From positions 1,385-65,384 of the forward strand of contig CBFCYL010000006.1 in assembly GCA_965602455.1 (NCBI GenBank): a stretch of 64,000 nt of DNA. The letters are read 5' to 3'. The position numbers and the translations under genes were made by a program. How positions within the stretch are numbered: the first letter of the stretch is position 1; the number at the start of each line of letters is the position of its first letter. The notes beneath the pieces were generated by a model. It did no database searches. It was given only the letters and a program-made list of their open reading frames with translations, and was not told the origin of the DNA. Source of the stretch: an uncultured Thalassospiraceae bacterium (GTDB taxonomy: Bacteria > Pseudomonadota > Alphaproteobacteria > Rhodospirillales > Magnetovibrionaceae). Of the stretch, positions 1 through 13,325 are shown piece after piece.

Positions 1-2
1 TT

Positions 3-131
3 GCCGATATAGCCAACTACGAGTGGATTGACACGCCCGCTGTCGGTCAGCAGACCGGCGGTGTTGTTGGTGGTGCGATTTCCGAAACGTGGGATCGCGA
101 ATCCGTTGCCGCCAGCCCGGCCATCGCCTGA
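3..131 (+). CDS. 3' end of a CDS truncated by the window edge. The product cannot be determined from 42 codons. In many Alphaproteobacteria lpxC occupies this position upstream of bamD-recN-ligA.
   Basis: Only frame 3 is open from the window edge to TGA at 129-131 (..ADIANYEWIDTPAVGQQTGG..SPAIA*). A hairpin plus T-run follows. Confidence 0.3.
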   Translation, partial: ADIANYEWIDTPAVGQQTGGVVGGAISETWDRESVAASPAIA

Positions 132-138
132 GCCACCA

Positions 139-169
139 GCCCCGTAAGTTCTGGTGACGGGGCCTTTTC
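139..169 (+). terminator. Rho-independent terminator
   Basis: GCCCCGT-11 nt loop-ACGGGGC followed by CTTTTC, directly after the truncated CDS. Confidence 0.6.
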
Positions 170-492
170 AAAACCTTCCGATTCGCTAACTTCGTGCTTT
201 TTGTGCGCCCGCGCTCTGGTGCGCGTCGATGGCGCCTTGCGCTGGCGCGTAACGCTACCGCCCCGGCAAGCAAGGCTGCCAAACGGGCCCTGAAAAGGCC
301 TTGTTTTGCGGGCAATTTAAAGCTGGCCTTAGCGTCCTCGCCACTGGCCACGAAAAGGCGTTTATTAGGCCCGATGAGGCCCTGTCCGGGCGTGACACAT
401 GACCAAACAGGCGTGATATACTCACGCCAAATGGCCGTCGCATAAGGCCCCTGCAAACAGCCCCAAATGGGGCACCAACACCTGAACCCTGG

Positions 493-1407
493 ATGACAGA
501 TTTAATGCTCCCTATGCCCTCTATATCCTCAACGAACAAGATCACCGCCACCGTGAGCGCCCTGCTGCTGTTAGCCGCCTGCGCCGGCACACCGGCGGGT
601 GATGGTTATGCGGAAGCGCCCGTCGAGGAGCTTTACAACAGCGCCGTTAATGCCATGGAGGGAAATAGCTACGCCTTGGCCGCCGCCCGCTTTGACGAGG
701 TTGAGCGCCAGCACCCTTATTCTTCATGGGCCACGAAGTCGCAGCTGATGGCGGCATACAGCCTTTATATGGCCAATAAATACGATGATTCCGTCATGGC
801 GCTGGAACGCTTTATCCAGCTGCATCCATCCCATGAGGATGTTCCCTACGCCTTTTACCTGAAGGGGCTGAATTACTACGAGCAGATATCCGATGTTGGG
901 CGTGACCAGTACATGACCCAAAACGCACTTAAATCCTTCAGTGAGCTGATTGCGCGCTTCCCGCAAAGCCAGTATGGACGCGACGCCAAGGTCAAGGTTG
1001 AGCTGACCTATGATCACCTTGCGGGCAAGGAAATGGAAATTGGTCGGTATTACCTGACCCGAAAGCACTACCTTTCCGCTGTAAACCGTTTCAAAAACGT
1101 AATTTACAACTTCCAGACCACCACCCATGTACCGGAGGCCCTGCACCGGCTGGTTGAATCCCATATTGCCCTGGGTCTTGATGACGAGGCCCGCAAGATC
1201 GCCGCCGTGCTGGGGCACAACTATCCGTCCAGTGCATGGTATCGGGAGACCTACGCCCTTGTTGGCGATACGGCAGCAGCCCTGCCCAGTGAAATCGTTT
1301 CAAAGCCCGCCGAAAACGATACAGCCAAGGACAATGCCAAGGATAATGCCAATGCCAACACCAAGGACAGCGGCAAGGAAACGCCATCCTGGTTCAAGTT
1401 CTGGTGA
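493..1407 (+). CDS. bamD: Outer membrane protein assembly factor BamD (TPR lipoprotein)
   Basis: Lipobox-like LLLAAC after a signal peptide and TPR-like repeats (YYLTRKHYLSAVNRFKNVIYNF). Sits in the position before recN-ligA. The true start may be an internal Met. Confidence 0.85.
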   Translation: MTDLMLPMPSISSTNKITATVSALLLLAACAGTPAGDGYAEAPVEELYNSAVNAMEGNSYALAAARFDEVERQHPYSSWATKSQLMAAYSLYMANKYDDSVMALERFIQLHPSHEDVPYAFYLKGLNYYEQISDVGRDQYMTQNALKSFSELIARFPQSQYGRDAKVKVELTYDHLAGKEMEIGRYYLTRKHYLSAVNRFKNVIYNFQTTTHVPEALHRLVESHIALGLDDEARKIAAVLGHNYPSSAWYRETYALVGDTAAALPSEIVSKPAENDTAKDNAKDNANANTKDSGKETPSWFKFW

Positions 1408-1416
1408 TTGCAGATT

Positions 1417-5210
<3,794 letters not shown>

Positions 5211-5230
5211 CTAACGTAAAAGGGGGGGGA

Positions 5231-5590
5231 ATGAACCAGATATTCAAGGCAGCCATAAAGGGTGTTTTTCTGGGCGCCATAGTGGCGGGCTTAGGTGCGT
5301 GCTCAAGCAAACCTGCCGAAGCACCGGCGCCGCCGGCGGTGCCGGTTGCCGGGGTGATGCGTGTCGAAACCATGGCTCAGCCCGTCCTGCCACTGAAGAC
5401 CAACCCCTTTGTTTGTGGCCAGCAGGTGGCGCATTACAGGGCCATGACAGGCCAGCCGCCGGGAGATGTTCGTTATTCGCCAGTGCGCATACTACCGCCG
5501 AACGCCATGGTGACGATGGACTTCAACCCAGAGCGTTTAAACATTGATGTGGATGAGAACGGTAAGGTTACCGGCGCGCGCTGCGGTTAG
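5231..5590 (+). CDS. Small lipoprotein, peptidase inhibitor I78-like
   Basis: Signal peptide plus lipobox (GLGACS). The C-terminal pattern RILPPNAMVTMDFNPERLNIDVDENGKVTGARCG is typical of the I78 family. Confidence 0.65.
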   Translation: MNQIFKAAIKGVFLGAIVAGLGACSSKPAEAPAPPAVPVAGVMRVETMAQPVLPLKTNPFVCGQQVAHYRAMTGQPPGDVRYSPVRILPPNAMVTMDFNPERLNIDVDENGKVTGARCG

Positions 5591-6126
5591 TGCAGCTTGC
5601 CTTTCAGGTTTTCGATAGCGTCATTCACCAAACGGTCGGCCTTGGCCCCGGAAAGTTCGCTTTCAAGAATCTGGCGTGTGGCTTCCATGGCCACATCGAC
5701 GGCGGTGGTGCGCACTTCCTGAATAGCCTGTGCCTCGGCCTGGGCAATGCGGTCCTTAGCCGTTTGCTCGGCCCGCTTGAGGCTTTCGTTCAACTGCACC
5801 TGGGCTTCACTGGCAAGGCGCGTTGCCTCTTCACGGGCAGCGGTGACAATGTTTTCCGCTTCTTTCAGGGCTTCGTGCTGCTTGCGTTCGTAATCGGCCA
5901 GCATATCCTGGGCGTCTTCGCGCAGGCGGGCGGCTTCATCCATCTCATTTTTAATTTTCTCGGAACGGTCATCCAGCATGGCGCCGATGGCGCGGAAGAT
6001 AATCTTGCCGAAAAAGACAAAAAACAAAACGAAGGCAAGCGCCACCAGAAACGAGGTGGTGGTGTAAAAGGGGTGTGCAACCGCGGTTGCGGTCGTTTCT
6101 GCTGCCAGGGCCTGGGATATGAACAT
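5587..6126 (-). CDS. atpF: F0F1 ATP synthase subunit b
   Basis: Single N-terminal TM helix followed by a long charged helix. Last gene of the F0 cluster. Confidence 0.85.
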   Translation of the reverse strand: MFISQALAAETTATAVAHPFYTTTSFLVALAFVLFFVFFGKIIFRAIGAMLDDRSEKIKNEMDEAARLREDAQDMLADYERKQHEALKEAENIVTAAREEATRLASEAQVQLNESLKRAEQTAKDRIAQAEAQAIQEVRTTAVDVAMEATRQILESELSGAKADRLVNDAIENLKGKLH

Positions 6127-6139
6127 GGCTGGGCGCTCC

Positions 6140-6706
6140 TTAACCGCGGGCCTTAAGGGCGTTGCCTACGGCGCTAGCAATCTTGCTTTCGCCGACGCTT
6201 TCACCGGCCAGTTTTTCGACCACGGTTGCAGCAACATCCTGGGCAACTTCGCGAATACCCGAAAGCGCTTCGGCCTTGGCCTCGGCGATACCGGTTTCGG
6301 CATCCTTGATTTTGACGGCCAGATCGGCACCAAGATCGCCCTGGCGCCTGGCGGCGTCGGCGGCGGCCGCTTCCTTGACGGTGCGGATGGCGTCAAAGGC
6401 TTCGCCACGGGCCTTGGCCAGTGCTTCTTCGTAGGCCTGGGCGGCAGCCTGGGCCTGGGTCTTCAGGTCTTCTGCTTTCGCCAGATTATCCTCGATGCGG
6501 TTCTGGCGTTCTTCCAGCACCTCGCCAATGCGCGGCAGGGCCACTCGGCCCATCAGCACATAAAGCGCGACAAACGTTATGACCAGCCACACCGCCTGCG
6601 ATGAAAACGTGGTCGTATCGAGCTGCGGCAGCCCGGCGGCATGCGCCGGAGCAGCAACCAGAACGCCCAAAAGGCCAATAACGGTTAGAATGGATGCGCT
6701 TCGCAT
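6140..6706 (-). CDS. atpF2: F0F1 ATP synthase subunit b'
   Basis: Paralogous b-type architecture (signal/TM plus an Ala/Glu/Lys-rich helix) between atpE and atpF, as in alphaproteobacterial F0 operons. Confidence 0.85.
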   Translation of the reverse strand: MRSASILTVIGLLGVLVAAPAHAAGLPQLDTTTFSSQAVWLVITFVALYVLMGRVALPRIGEVLEERQNRIEDNLAKAEDLKTQAQAAAQAYEEALAKARGEAFDAIRTVKEAAAADAARRQGDLGADLAVKIKDAETGIAEAKAEALSGIREVAQDVAATVVEKLAGESVGESKIASAVGNALKARG

Positions 6707-6774
6707 AAGCAGCTCCGGGTATCGCTCAGCGGGCCGGGATGTCCCGGCCCGAAAACGGAAACCTTATAAACAGA

Positions 6775-7002
6775 TCAGAATGCAAACAGGATAAGGAAGG
6801 CGATAACCAGCGCGTACAGCGCAACCGCTTCCACCAACGCAAAGCCCAAAATGGCGCGGCCAAACGCACGGCCTTCAGAGGCCGGGTTGCGGGCGATCGC
6901 ACTAATCAGGGACGAAAAGATGTTACCGATACCGGCACCAACACCGCCCAGGCCAATAACGGCCAGACCGGCACCAATCATCTTTGCAGCTTCAAGTTCC
7001 AT
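6775..7002 (-). CDS. atpE: F0F1 ATP synthase subunit c
   Basis: [33 protein letters not shown].. hairpin proteolipid with a conserved Glu in helix 2 (ALVEAVALY). The ATG at 7002 is preceded by AGGA. Confidence 0.92.
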   Translation of the reverse strand: MELEAAKMIGAGLAVIGLGGVGAGIGNIFSSLISAIARNPASEGRAFGRAILGFALVEAVALYALVIAFLILFAF

Positions 7003-7064
7003 GGTTTTTTTCCTTAGTTCAGCTTTGATAAATGACAAATTAAATCGATATTCTGCTCGCTTGA

Positions 7065-7790
7065 TTAATGAAGATGTATCGCATCATGCAGATAGAGGCA
7101 CGTTAGGACCGTAAACACATAGGCCTGCAGGAAAGCGACCAGAAACTCAAACCCCACCAGCAATACATCTACGCCCAGTGGCGCCCAGCCGCCGAAAATC
7201 CCCAGTGGGATAATAAAGCCGGCGAACACCTTCATCATGATGTGCCCCGCCGTCATGTTGGCGAACAGGCGCACCGAAAGGCTAACCGGGCGTGACAGGT
7301 AGGATATAATCTCAATTGGCACCATCAATGGTAAAACCGCGACGGGCACACCGGAGGGCACAAAATATGAAAAGAACTTCGCCCCGTGGCGCACAATGCC
7401 GACAATGGTCACACCGAGAAACACCACAATAGCGAGAACGAAGGTCACGATTATGTGGCTGGTGATGGTAAAGGCGTAGGGCATCAGGCCCAGCATGTTG
7501 GCGAACAGGATAAACATGAACAACGTGAAGATGAAGGGGAAGAACCGCCTTCCTTCGTTGCCGACGTTATCACGCAACATTCCGGCAATGAATTCGTAAC
7601 TCATTTCGACCATCGACTGCCAGCGCCCGGGAACCAAAGCCCTGCCACGCATGCCCAGGGTCAGAAACAGGGTTACGGAAACCACCGTCAGCACCATGAA
7701 AAAACTGGCATTGGTAAACGAAGCATCGACGCCGCCGAGATTAATCTCAACCATGGTGCGGACATTGAATTGTTCGATGGGGTTGGCCAC
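7065..7790 (-). CDS. atpB: F0F1 ATP synthase subunit a
   Basis: Polytopic membrane protein with the subunit-a signature [16 protein letters not shown] start. Confidence 0.93.
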   Translation of the reverse strand: MANPIEQFNVRTMVEINLGGVDASFTNASFFMVLTVVSVTLFLTLGMRGRALVPGRWQSMVEMSYEFIAGMLRDNVGNEGRRFFPFIFTLFMFILFANMLGLMPYAFTITSHIIVTFVLAIVVFLGVTIVGIVRHGAKFFSYFVPSGVPVAVLPLMVPIEIISYLSRPVSLSVRLFANMTAGHIMMKVFAGFIIPLGIFGGWAPLGVDVLLVGFEFLVAFLQAYVFTVLTCLYLHDAIHLH

Positions 7791-7981
7791 GGTTTCGCTC
7801 TCGTTATTGGCTGGCTGGAAACGATGATATTACGGGGTGGCCCCGCAAGGCAACGGGCGGGCGCCAAGTGGACTGACCCCCTGAAAAGTGCCTCTTTCGT
7901 AACCGTCTTAAGCACGATCGGCAACCCTAAAGGGGGCATAAAAAGGCGGTTTTTTCACATTTTAGGCGCGATTTGCTGGTC

Positions 7982-8359
7982 TCATTTGGCCTTATCGTTC
8001 AAGTCATTGGTTTCGTTGTTCTTATTGTCTCCACCGCCGGGGCCGGGCATTTGCCCGGTGGCGCGATAGACATTGAGGATACCGGCGCCCGCGCCAAGGA
8101 AGAAAAAGACGATCATCAGCCATGGCCGGGTGCCGAGCCAGCCATCGAGAAACCACCCCAGCCCAACACCCACCACCAGGGCGGCGACCAGCTCGGTGCC
8201 GACGCGCATGGCTTGGCTTACGCCCGAAATCTCGCCGTCTGGGCTTGCTTCGCGCCCGGCGGGCGGCGTGGCGGCAACGCGCGCCGCTTTCAGGCGACGA
8301 TCAAGGTCGCCGATATCGGGCTCGCTGTTGCCGTTTGGTCTATCGGTGGGGTCAGTCAT
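7982..8359 (-). CDS. atpI: ATP synthase protein I (AtpI-like)
   Basis: Small two-TM protein (VGTELVAALVVGVGLGWFLDGWLGT.PWLMIVFFFLGAGAGILNVY) directly upstream of atpB. I take the internal ATG at 8359 rather than the longer ORF. Confidence 0.7.
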   Translation of the reverse strand: MTDPTDRPNGNSEPDIGDLDRRLKAARVAATPPAGREASPDGEISGVSQAMRVGTELVAALVVGVGLGWFLDGWLGTRPWLMIVFFFLGAGAGILNVYRATGQMPGPGGGDNKNNETNDLNDKAK

Positions 8360-8408
8360 GGTCGACCTCGCACTTGAAACGGATAAAGGCAGGAAGCAGG
8401 AATAGGGA

Positions 8409-11400
8409 TCAGGCCGATTCGCGCAATTCCACGGCCCGATCGAGATCGACGCTGACCAGCTGGCTGACGCCGCGCTCGGCCATGGTGACACCGAAAAGGC
8501 GCTCGACCCGGGCCATGGTCATGCGGTGGTGGGTAATAACCAGGAAGCGCGTGTTGCCGGCACTGGCAATTTCTTCCAGCAGCGAGCAAAAGCGATCCAC
8601 GTTGGCGTCATCCAGCGGCGCGTCGACCTCATCGAGCACGCAGATGGGCGCGGGGTTGGTCATGAACACCGCAAACAGCAGGGCGGTTGCGGTTAATGCC
8701 TGCTCGCCACCGGAAAGCAGCGAAAGCACCTGCATGCGCTTGCCCGGCGGGCTTGCCATAATCTCAAGGCCCGATTCCAGCGGGTCGTCGGCTTCAATCA
8801 GTTTAAGGTGTGCCTGACCACCACCGAAAAGACGCTGGAACAGTTCCTGGAAGTGACGGTTCACTTCGTGGAATGACGTCAGGAGGCGTTCACGCCCTTC
8901 GCGGTTCAGTTCATTGATGCCGCGGCGCAGTTTTTCGATGGCCGAAATAAGGTCGGCACGTTCGCTTTCCAGTACTTCGATTTGCTCGCCCATCTCACGC
9001 GATTCTTCCTCGGCACGCAGGTTCACCGGGCCCATGGTGTCACGTTCCTTGTGCAGGCGTTCAACCCGGCGCTCAATCTGTTCCAGCTCGGGAAGGTCCG
9101 CGCCTTCTTTCAGTTCCGCCATCTCGGCCAGGTCTTCGGGTGCGCAGTCAAGGCGCTCGTGGGTGTGCTCGGAAATGGTCACGCTGGCCTGGCGGGCCTG
9201 TTCAACAATGCCTTCGGTGCGCACGCGGTCTTCGCGCGCGGCGCCCAGCGCGCTTTCGGCTTCGCGCAGTCGTTTGTTTGCATCAGCCAACCGGCTTTCC
9301 GCTTCGGCCAGACGGTCGGCAACTTCCTTGCGCTTGGCTTCGGCACCTTCAATATGGCTCATCAGTTCTTCGCGCCGGGCGCTGATCTCGTCGGGCTTTT
9401 TGGCCAACTCTTCCAGCTCGGCTTTGACCTCGGCAGTGCGTTGCTGCAAATGCTCGATACGTTCTTCGGCGCCTTCGCGGCGCTCGCGCCATGATTCGAG
9501 CTCGGTCGTGATATCACCCAAGCGGCGAGCGCGTTCCTGGGCGGCGTGTTCAAGTCCTGAATACGTGCCCTGACATTCAATTTGTGTCGTGCGTTTTTCC
9601 GCAAGCTCTTCACGTTGGGCAATGACGTTGCGCCTCAGTGCCTCGGTGTCGGGCATGTTATCAAGTGAGGTGCGCGCTTCGCGTTTGGTGCTATCGGCTT
9701 CGGCAATATCTTTTTCAAGCGCCTGCACGGCATCAACAATGGCGCTCAGCTTTGAATTTTCCTCGGCCAATCGCGCCCTGATAACACCAACCCTGTCGCG
9801 CACTTCTGCCAGCGCGTTATCGGCCCGGCGCAGCGTCTCGCGCCCGGCGCGCTCTGCTGTCGTTGCCGCCTCAGCGCCGCGGTCGGCATCGCTGGCCGCA
9901 GTTTCGGCGCTGGTTGTGCGGTCGCGCTGAACGCCGAGCTCGGTGCGCACTTCGCGCAGGCGGGTTAATTGTTCCAGTCGTTGCTGGGCAGCGGTGGTGG
10001 CACCGGAGGTAACGGTAAAACCATCCCAGCGCCACAGCGCACCGCTTGGGCTGACCAGCCGTTGACCCTGGCGCAATTCACGGGCCAGCCGGTCGCCGGT
10101 TTCGCTGTCTTCGACCACACCCACCTGGGCAAGGCGACGCGAAAGCGCATCGGGTGCGCGCACCACAGTGGAAAGGGGTTTCGCACCATCGGGCAGGGCG
10201 GGTGCATTGTGGTCAGGCGCCATGGCGGTCCAGTGCACCGGTGCCGCTTCATCGGCAGGCGCGTTCAGGTCGTCACCCAAGGCGGCGCCCAAAGCCGCCT
10301 CATAACCGGCGTCCACCGAAACGGCATCCACCAGCGGCGGCCACATATCGCTTTCGTTCAGTTCCAGCATACCGGCCAGCGCTTTTTCCTCGGCCTCTAG
10401 GCTGGAAAGCGCCACCTTGGCGTCGTTGAAACGTTGGCGGTTGGCCTCGCCCTCGCCCTGGGCCACGCGGGCGGCGGTTTCGGCACCCTTGAGGTCGCCC
10501 TCGGCGCTTTCGCGCCGCGCTTCGGCTTCACCCAGTTCGCGCTCGACTTCGTCGAGGTCACTTTCGGCGGCGACCGCGCGTTCGGCTTCGGCTCGCTGTG
10601 TTTGCAGGGTCGCAAGGCGCCCGGAAAGGCGTTCGAGGCGGCTATCGAGATCCTCGAGGGAGCGCTCAAGTGCGCCGCGTTCGGCATCCTGGCTGGCAAC
10701 GGCGTCGGTCAGTTCAGCCAACTGGACTTCAATGGCGGAAACCACTTCGCTGGCTTCGGCAAGGGCAGCGCGGGCTTCGCCGATGGCATCGCCTTCGCCC
10801 TGGCGCGACGTTTCAATGGAGGCGCGTTCGCTTTCCAGCGTGTTGGTGGCCTGACGGGCATCGTCGGCCAGGCTTTGCTCGCGGGTAATGTCGTGACTGA
10901 CCTGTTCCAGGCGGTGTACGCGGTCAAGGCGGTCAGATTCAACGCGCTTGGCTTCTTCGTCCAGCCCGTTGCGTGCCAGGTTATAGCGCTGCAACGCGGC
11001 CGCGGCGCGGGCTTCTTGTTCGCGCAATTCCGGCACACCCTCGGCGGCTTCGGCCTGGTGGGCGGTGGCGTTGGCAACGGTTGCCGTTCGCTCGGCGACC
11101 GTGGCCTCCGCTTTCTTGAGGTGCACAACATTTTCCGCCAGCGTTGCTTCTGAGCGCACCCAGCGGATGTGGTAGAGCAGGGCTTCGGCTTTCTGGATCA
11201 GGTCCGAGATGTTGCGATAGCGCGTTGCCTGTCGCGATTGCTTTTTAAGGCTCTGCATCTGCGATTCAAGCGTCACCAGAATATCATCAAGGCGCGAAAG
11301 GTTGTTTTCCGCGCCGCGCAGGCGAAGCTCGGCTTCGTGACGACGTGAATGAAGACCGATAATACCGGCGGCTTCTTCCAGAAGCATGCGCCGGTCCTGC

Positions 11401-11873
11401 GGCTTGGCGGAAATGATGGAACCGATCTTGCCCTGGCTGACCAGCGCTGTAGAGCGCGCCCCCGATGCGGCGTCGGCAAACAGCAATTGAACATCCTTGG
11501 CGCGCACATCCTGGCCGTTGATGCGATAGCTAGAGCCCTGGTCGCGCTCAATGCGACGTGAAACTTCCAGTTCATCGGAATCGTTATATGCCGCCGGTGC
11601 GACGCGGGCTGAGTTATCCAGGTGAATGACAACCTCGGCCATGTTGCGCGATGGCCGGTCGGCCGAGCCGCCGAAGATAACGTCATCCATGGCACCGCCG
11701 CGCATTTGCTTGGCGGATGATTCGCCCATGACCCATTTCAGGGCTTCAACCAAATTGGATTTGCCGCAACCGTTGGGCCCGACAACGCCGGTCAGTCCCG
11801 GCTGGATAACCAGTTCGGTGGGGTCCACAAAGGACTTGAAGCCCTGCAACCTGAGTTTATTGAACCTAAGCAC
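8409..11873 (-). CDS. smc: Chromosome segregation protein SMC
   Basis: 1154 aa. Has N-terminal GPNGCGKSN Walker A, very long coiled coils, a hinge, and C-terminal LSGGEQALTA signature with VLDEVDAPLD. GTG start. Confidence 0.95.
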   Translation of the reverse strand: MLRFNKLRLQGFKSFVDPTELVIQPGLTGVVGPNGCGKSNLVEALKWVMGESSAKQMRGGAMDDVIFGGSADRPSRNMAEVVIHLDNSARVAPAAYNDSDELEVSRRIERDQGSSYRINGQDVRAKDVQLLFADAASGARSTALVSQGKIGSIISAKPQDRRMLLEEAAGIIGLHSRRHEAELRLRGAENNLSRLDDILVTLESQMQSLKKQSRQATRYRNISDLIQKAEALLYHIRWVRSEATLAENVVHLKKAEATVAERTATVANATAHQAEAAEGVPELREQEARAAAALQRYNLARNGLDEEAKRVESDRLDRVHRLEQVSHDITREQSLADDARQATNTLESERASIETSRQGEGDAIGEARAALAEASEVVSAIEVQLAELTDAVASQDAERGALERSLEDLDSRLERLSGRLATLQTQRAEAERAVAAESDLDEVERELGEAEARRESAEGDLKGAETAARVAQGEGEANRQRFNDAKVALSSLEAEEKALAGMLELNESDMWPPLVDAVSVDAGYEAALGAALGDDLNAPADEAAPVHWTAMAPDHNAPALPDGAKPLSTVVRAPDALSRRLAQVGVVEDSETGDRLARELRQGQRLVSPSGALWRWDGFTVTSGATTAAQQRLEQLTRLREVRTELGVQRDRTTSAETAASDADRGAEAATTAERAGRETLRRADNALAEVRDRVGVIRARLAEENSKLSAIVDAVQALEKDIAEADSTKREARTSLDNMPDTEALRRNVIAQREELAEKRTTQIECQGTYSGLEHAAQERARRLGDITTELESWRERREGAEERIEHLQQRTAEVKAELEELAKKPDEISARREELMSHIEGAEAKRKEVADRLAEAESRLADANKRLREAESALGAAREDRVRTEGIVEQARQASVTISEHTHERLDCAPEDLAEMAELKEGADLPELEQIERRVERLHKERDTMGPVNLRAEEESREMGEQIEVLESERADLISAIEKLRRGINELNREGRERLLTSFHEVNRHFQELFQRLFGGGQAHLKLIEADDPLESGLEIMASPPGKRMQVLSLLSGGEQALTATALLFAVFMTNPAPICVLDEVDAPLDDANVDRFCSLLEEIASAGNTRFLVITHHRMTMARVERLFGVTMAERGVSQLVSVDLDRAVELRESA

Positions 11874-11940
11874 GATTAGCCTTCAACCTTGTTCGTTCGC
11901 CCGGTTTTAAGTTTCCGGTTTGTTATTGTGGGATCGTTTA

Positions 11941-12618
11941 TCAATTCCCGGCTTTATTAGCCAGCGCCTTTTCAATTACATCGACGAAATCTTCATAGGG
12001 AAGGTTGCCATTGATGCGCATTCCTTCAACAAAAAACGTTGGCGTCGAGGTGATCTTGTATGTTGCCGCCGCTTTTTCCTTGGCTTCGGTGATGCCCCAT
12101 AACAGGTCATCCATTTCAAAGCATTGCTCGACGTCGGCTTTGCTTAAGCCGGCCATGCGCGATATGCCGACCAGCGCCTGCATGGGGTTTTCCGCCCGTG
12201 ACCAGGCTTGCTGGCTGGCATAAAGGATATTGAGAAAGCTGAAATACCGATCCTCGCCCGAACAACGCGCTATCATGGTGGCGCCCAGCGCCAGATCACC
12301 CAGCGGAAAGTCATGATAAATGATCCTGACCTTGCCGGTGTCCACGTACGCGGCCTTTATTTTGGGCAGCGTTTCGTTATGAAATGCCGCGCAGTGGGGG
12401 CACGTGAGGGAGGCGAATTCGTGCATGACCACGGGGGCATCGGTGCTCCCGATGCTCATTTCCGCCAGCGCTTCTTCAAGGGGGACGATTTCGGCACGGG
12501 CGTCCGCGCTGGGCCCGGCCACCACAAAGGCCAGCGCCAGCAGGCTGAACAGCGCCGCCGCTGCCGATATTAAACGCAACTGTTTGGCATATTTGGTCAA
12601 ATTGCTCTCCATATACAC
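11941..12618 (-). CDS. DsbA-family thiol:disulfide oxidoreductase (periplasmic)
   Basis: Signal/TM segment and thioredoxin-fold CPHC motif (LTCPHCAAFH). The start could be the ATG at 12612. Confidence 0.8.
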   Translation of the reverse strand: MYMESNLTKYAKQLRLISAAAALFSLLALAFVVAGPSADARAEIVPLEEALAEMSIGSTDAPVVMHEFASLTCPHCAAFHNETLPKIKAAYVDTGKVRIIYHDFPLGDLALGATMIARCSGEDRYFSFLNILYASQQAWSRAENPMQALVGISRMAGLSKADVEQCFEMDDLLWGITEAKEKAAATYKITSTPTFFVEGMRINGNLPYEDFVDVIEKALANKAGN

Positions 12619-12743
12619 AAGATGTGCGAATATACGGGCTCAAAGGGCTTACCACAAGCATCGCCACCCGGTTGGGGCGAACATTCTGTGGATAAAAGGT
12701 GCGCCGCCAAGCGGTTGACCTGTCAGGTTTTTTTGTCGCCCGG

Positions 12744-13319
12744 TTAGGGGCTTTTGCGGCCCTTAACGGCACGGCCCAGCGATTGCAGGGCGGCACGGAT
12801 TTCCGGGTCATCCACATTGCACAGCGAATCGGCCAGCGCGCTTTCCTCGTTGGGGGTTAGCTGGTGCGGTTTTACGTCCGGTTCCGGCGTCGCCCCCTTA
12901 ACCGGCCCCTGCACCATGCGCAGGGCGCGGACGGCCTTGTAGCCAAAGTGCTGGTTGATGCGTTCCACAATCAGGGGTTCCAGATGCTGGATTTCCGTGG
13001 CCAGCCCGCCCGAGACAATTCTCAGGTGCAGGACACCGCCGGTGGTGCCGTTTTTCGAAAAAATGATTTTTTCAGGCGCCGTCATCCGGGCCAGTTCGGG
13101 GCCGATGATTTCCGACCAGTTGTTGATGATGGCGCCATGGGCGAAACCACGCTTGCCCAGCATCGGCTTGGTTATGCGCTCAAGCATTCCCGACAGCAGC
13201 TTCGGGCCACCACCGGTGCGGGCGCGCTTTGGCCGCACGCCGTGGCCGTAGCGACCGTTCGGGGTCGCGTTTTTGGATTGCGTGTTCTTTTGGGTGTGCT
13301 TGGTGACCATGGCAACCAT
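12744..13319 (-). CDS. DUF721 (DciA-like) protein
   Basis: Only the C-terminal 191 codons of the 541-aa ORF look genuine (..WSEIIGPELARMTAPEKIIFSKNG..GVLHLRIVSGGLATEIQHLEPLIVERINQHFGYKAV). Divergent from mutY, as is common in Alphaproteobacteria. Confidence 0.7.
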   Translation of the reverse strand: MVAMVTKHTQKNTQSKNATPNGRYGHGVRPKRARTGGGPKLLSGMLERITKPMLGKRGFAHGAIINNWSEIIGPELARMTAPEKIIFSKNGTTGGVLHLRIVSGGLATEIQHLEPLIVERINQHFGYKAVRALRMVQGPVKGATPEPDVKPHQLTPNEESALADSLCNVDDPEIRAALQSLGRAVKGRKSP

Positions 13320-13325
13320 GGTAGG

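Noticed and set aside
194-590. ORFs of 83 and 111 aa in the 360-bp gap between the truncated upstream gene and bamD.
   Set aside because: They have no RBS, overlap each other on opposite strands and are of low complexity. I treat the region as non-coding. I could not recognise any known sRNA or riboswitch in it.
8122-8817. 231-aa plus-strand ORF and neighbours overlapping atpI and the smc 3' end.
   Set aside because: It is antisense to two well-supported genes, with Arg/Ser/Ala-rich composition typical of GC-rich antisense frames. The same reasoning applies to the many internal or antisense ORFs within smc, recN, ligA, ppdK, glyS and hisS.
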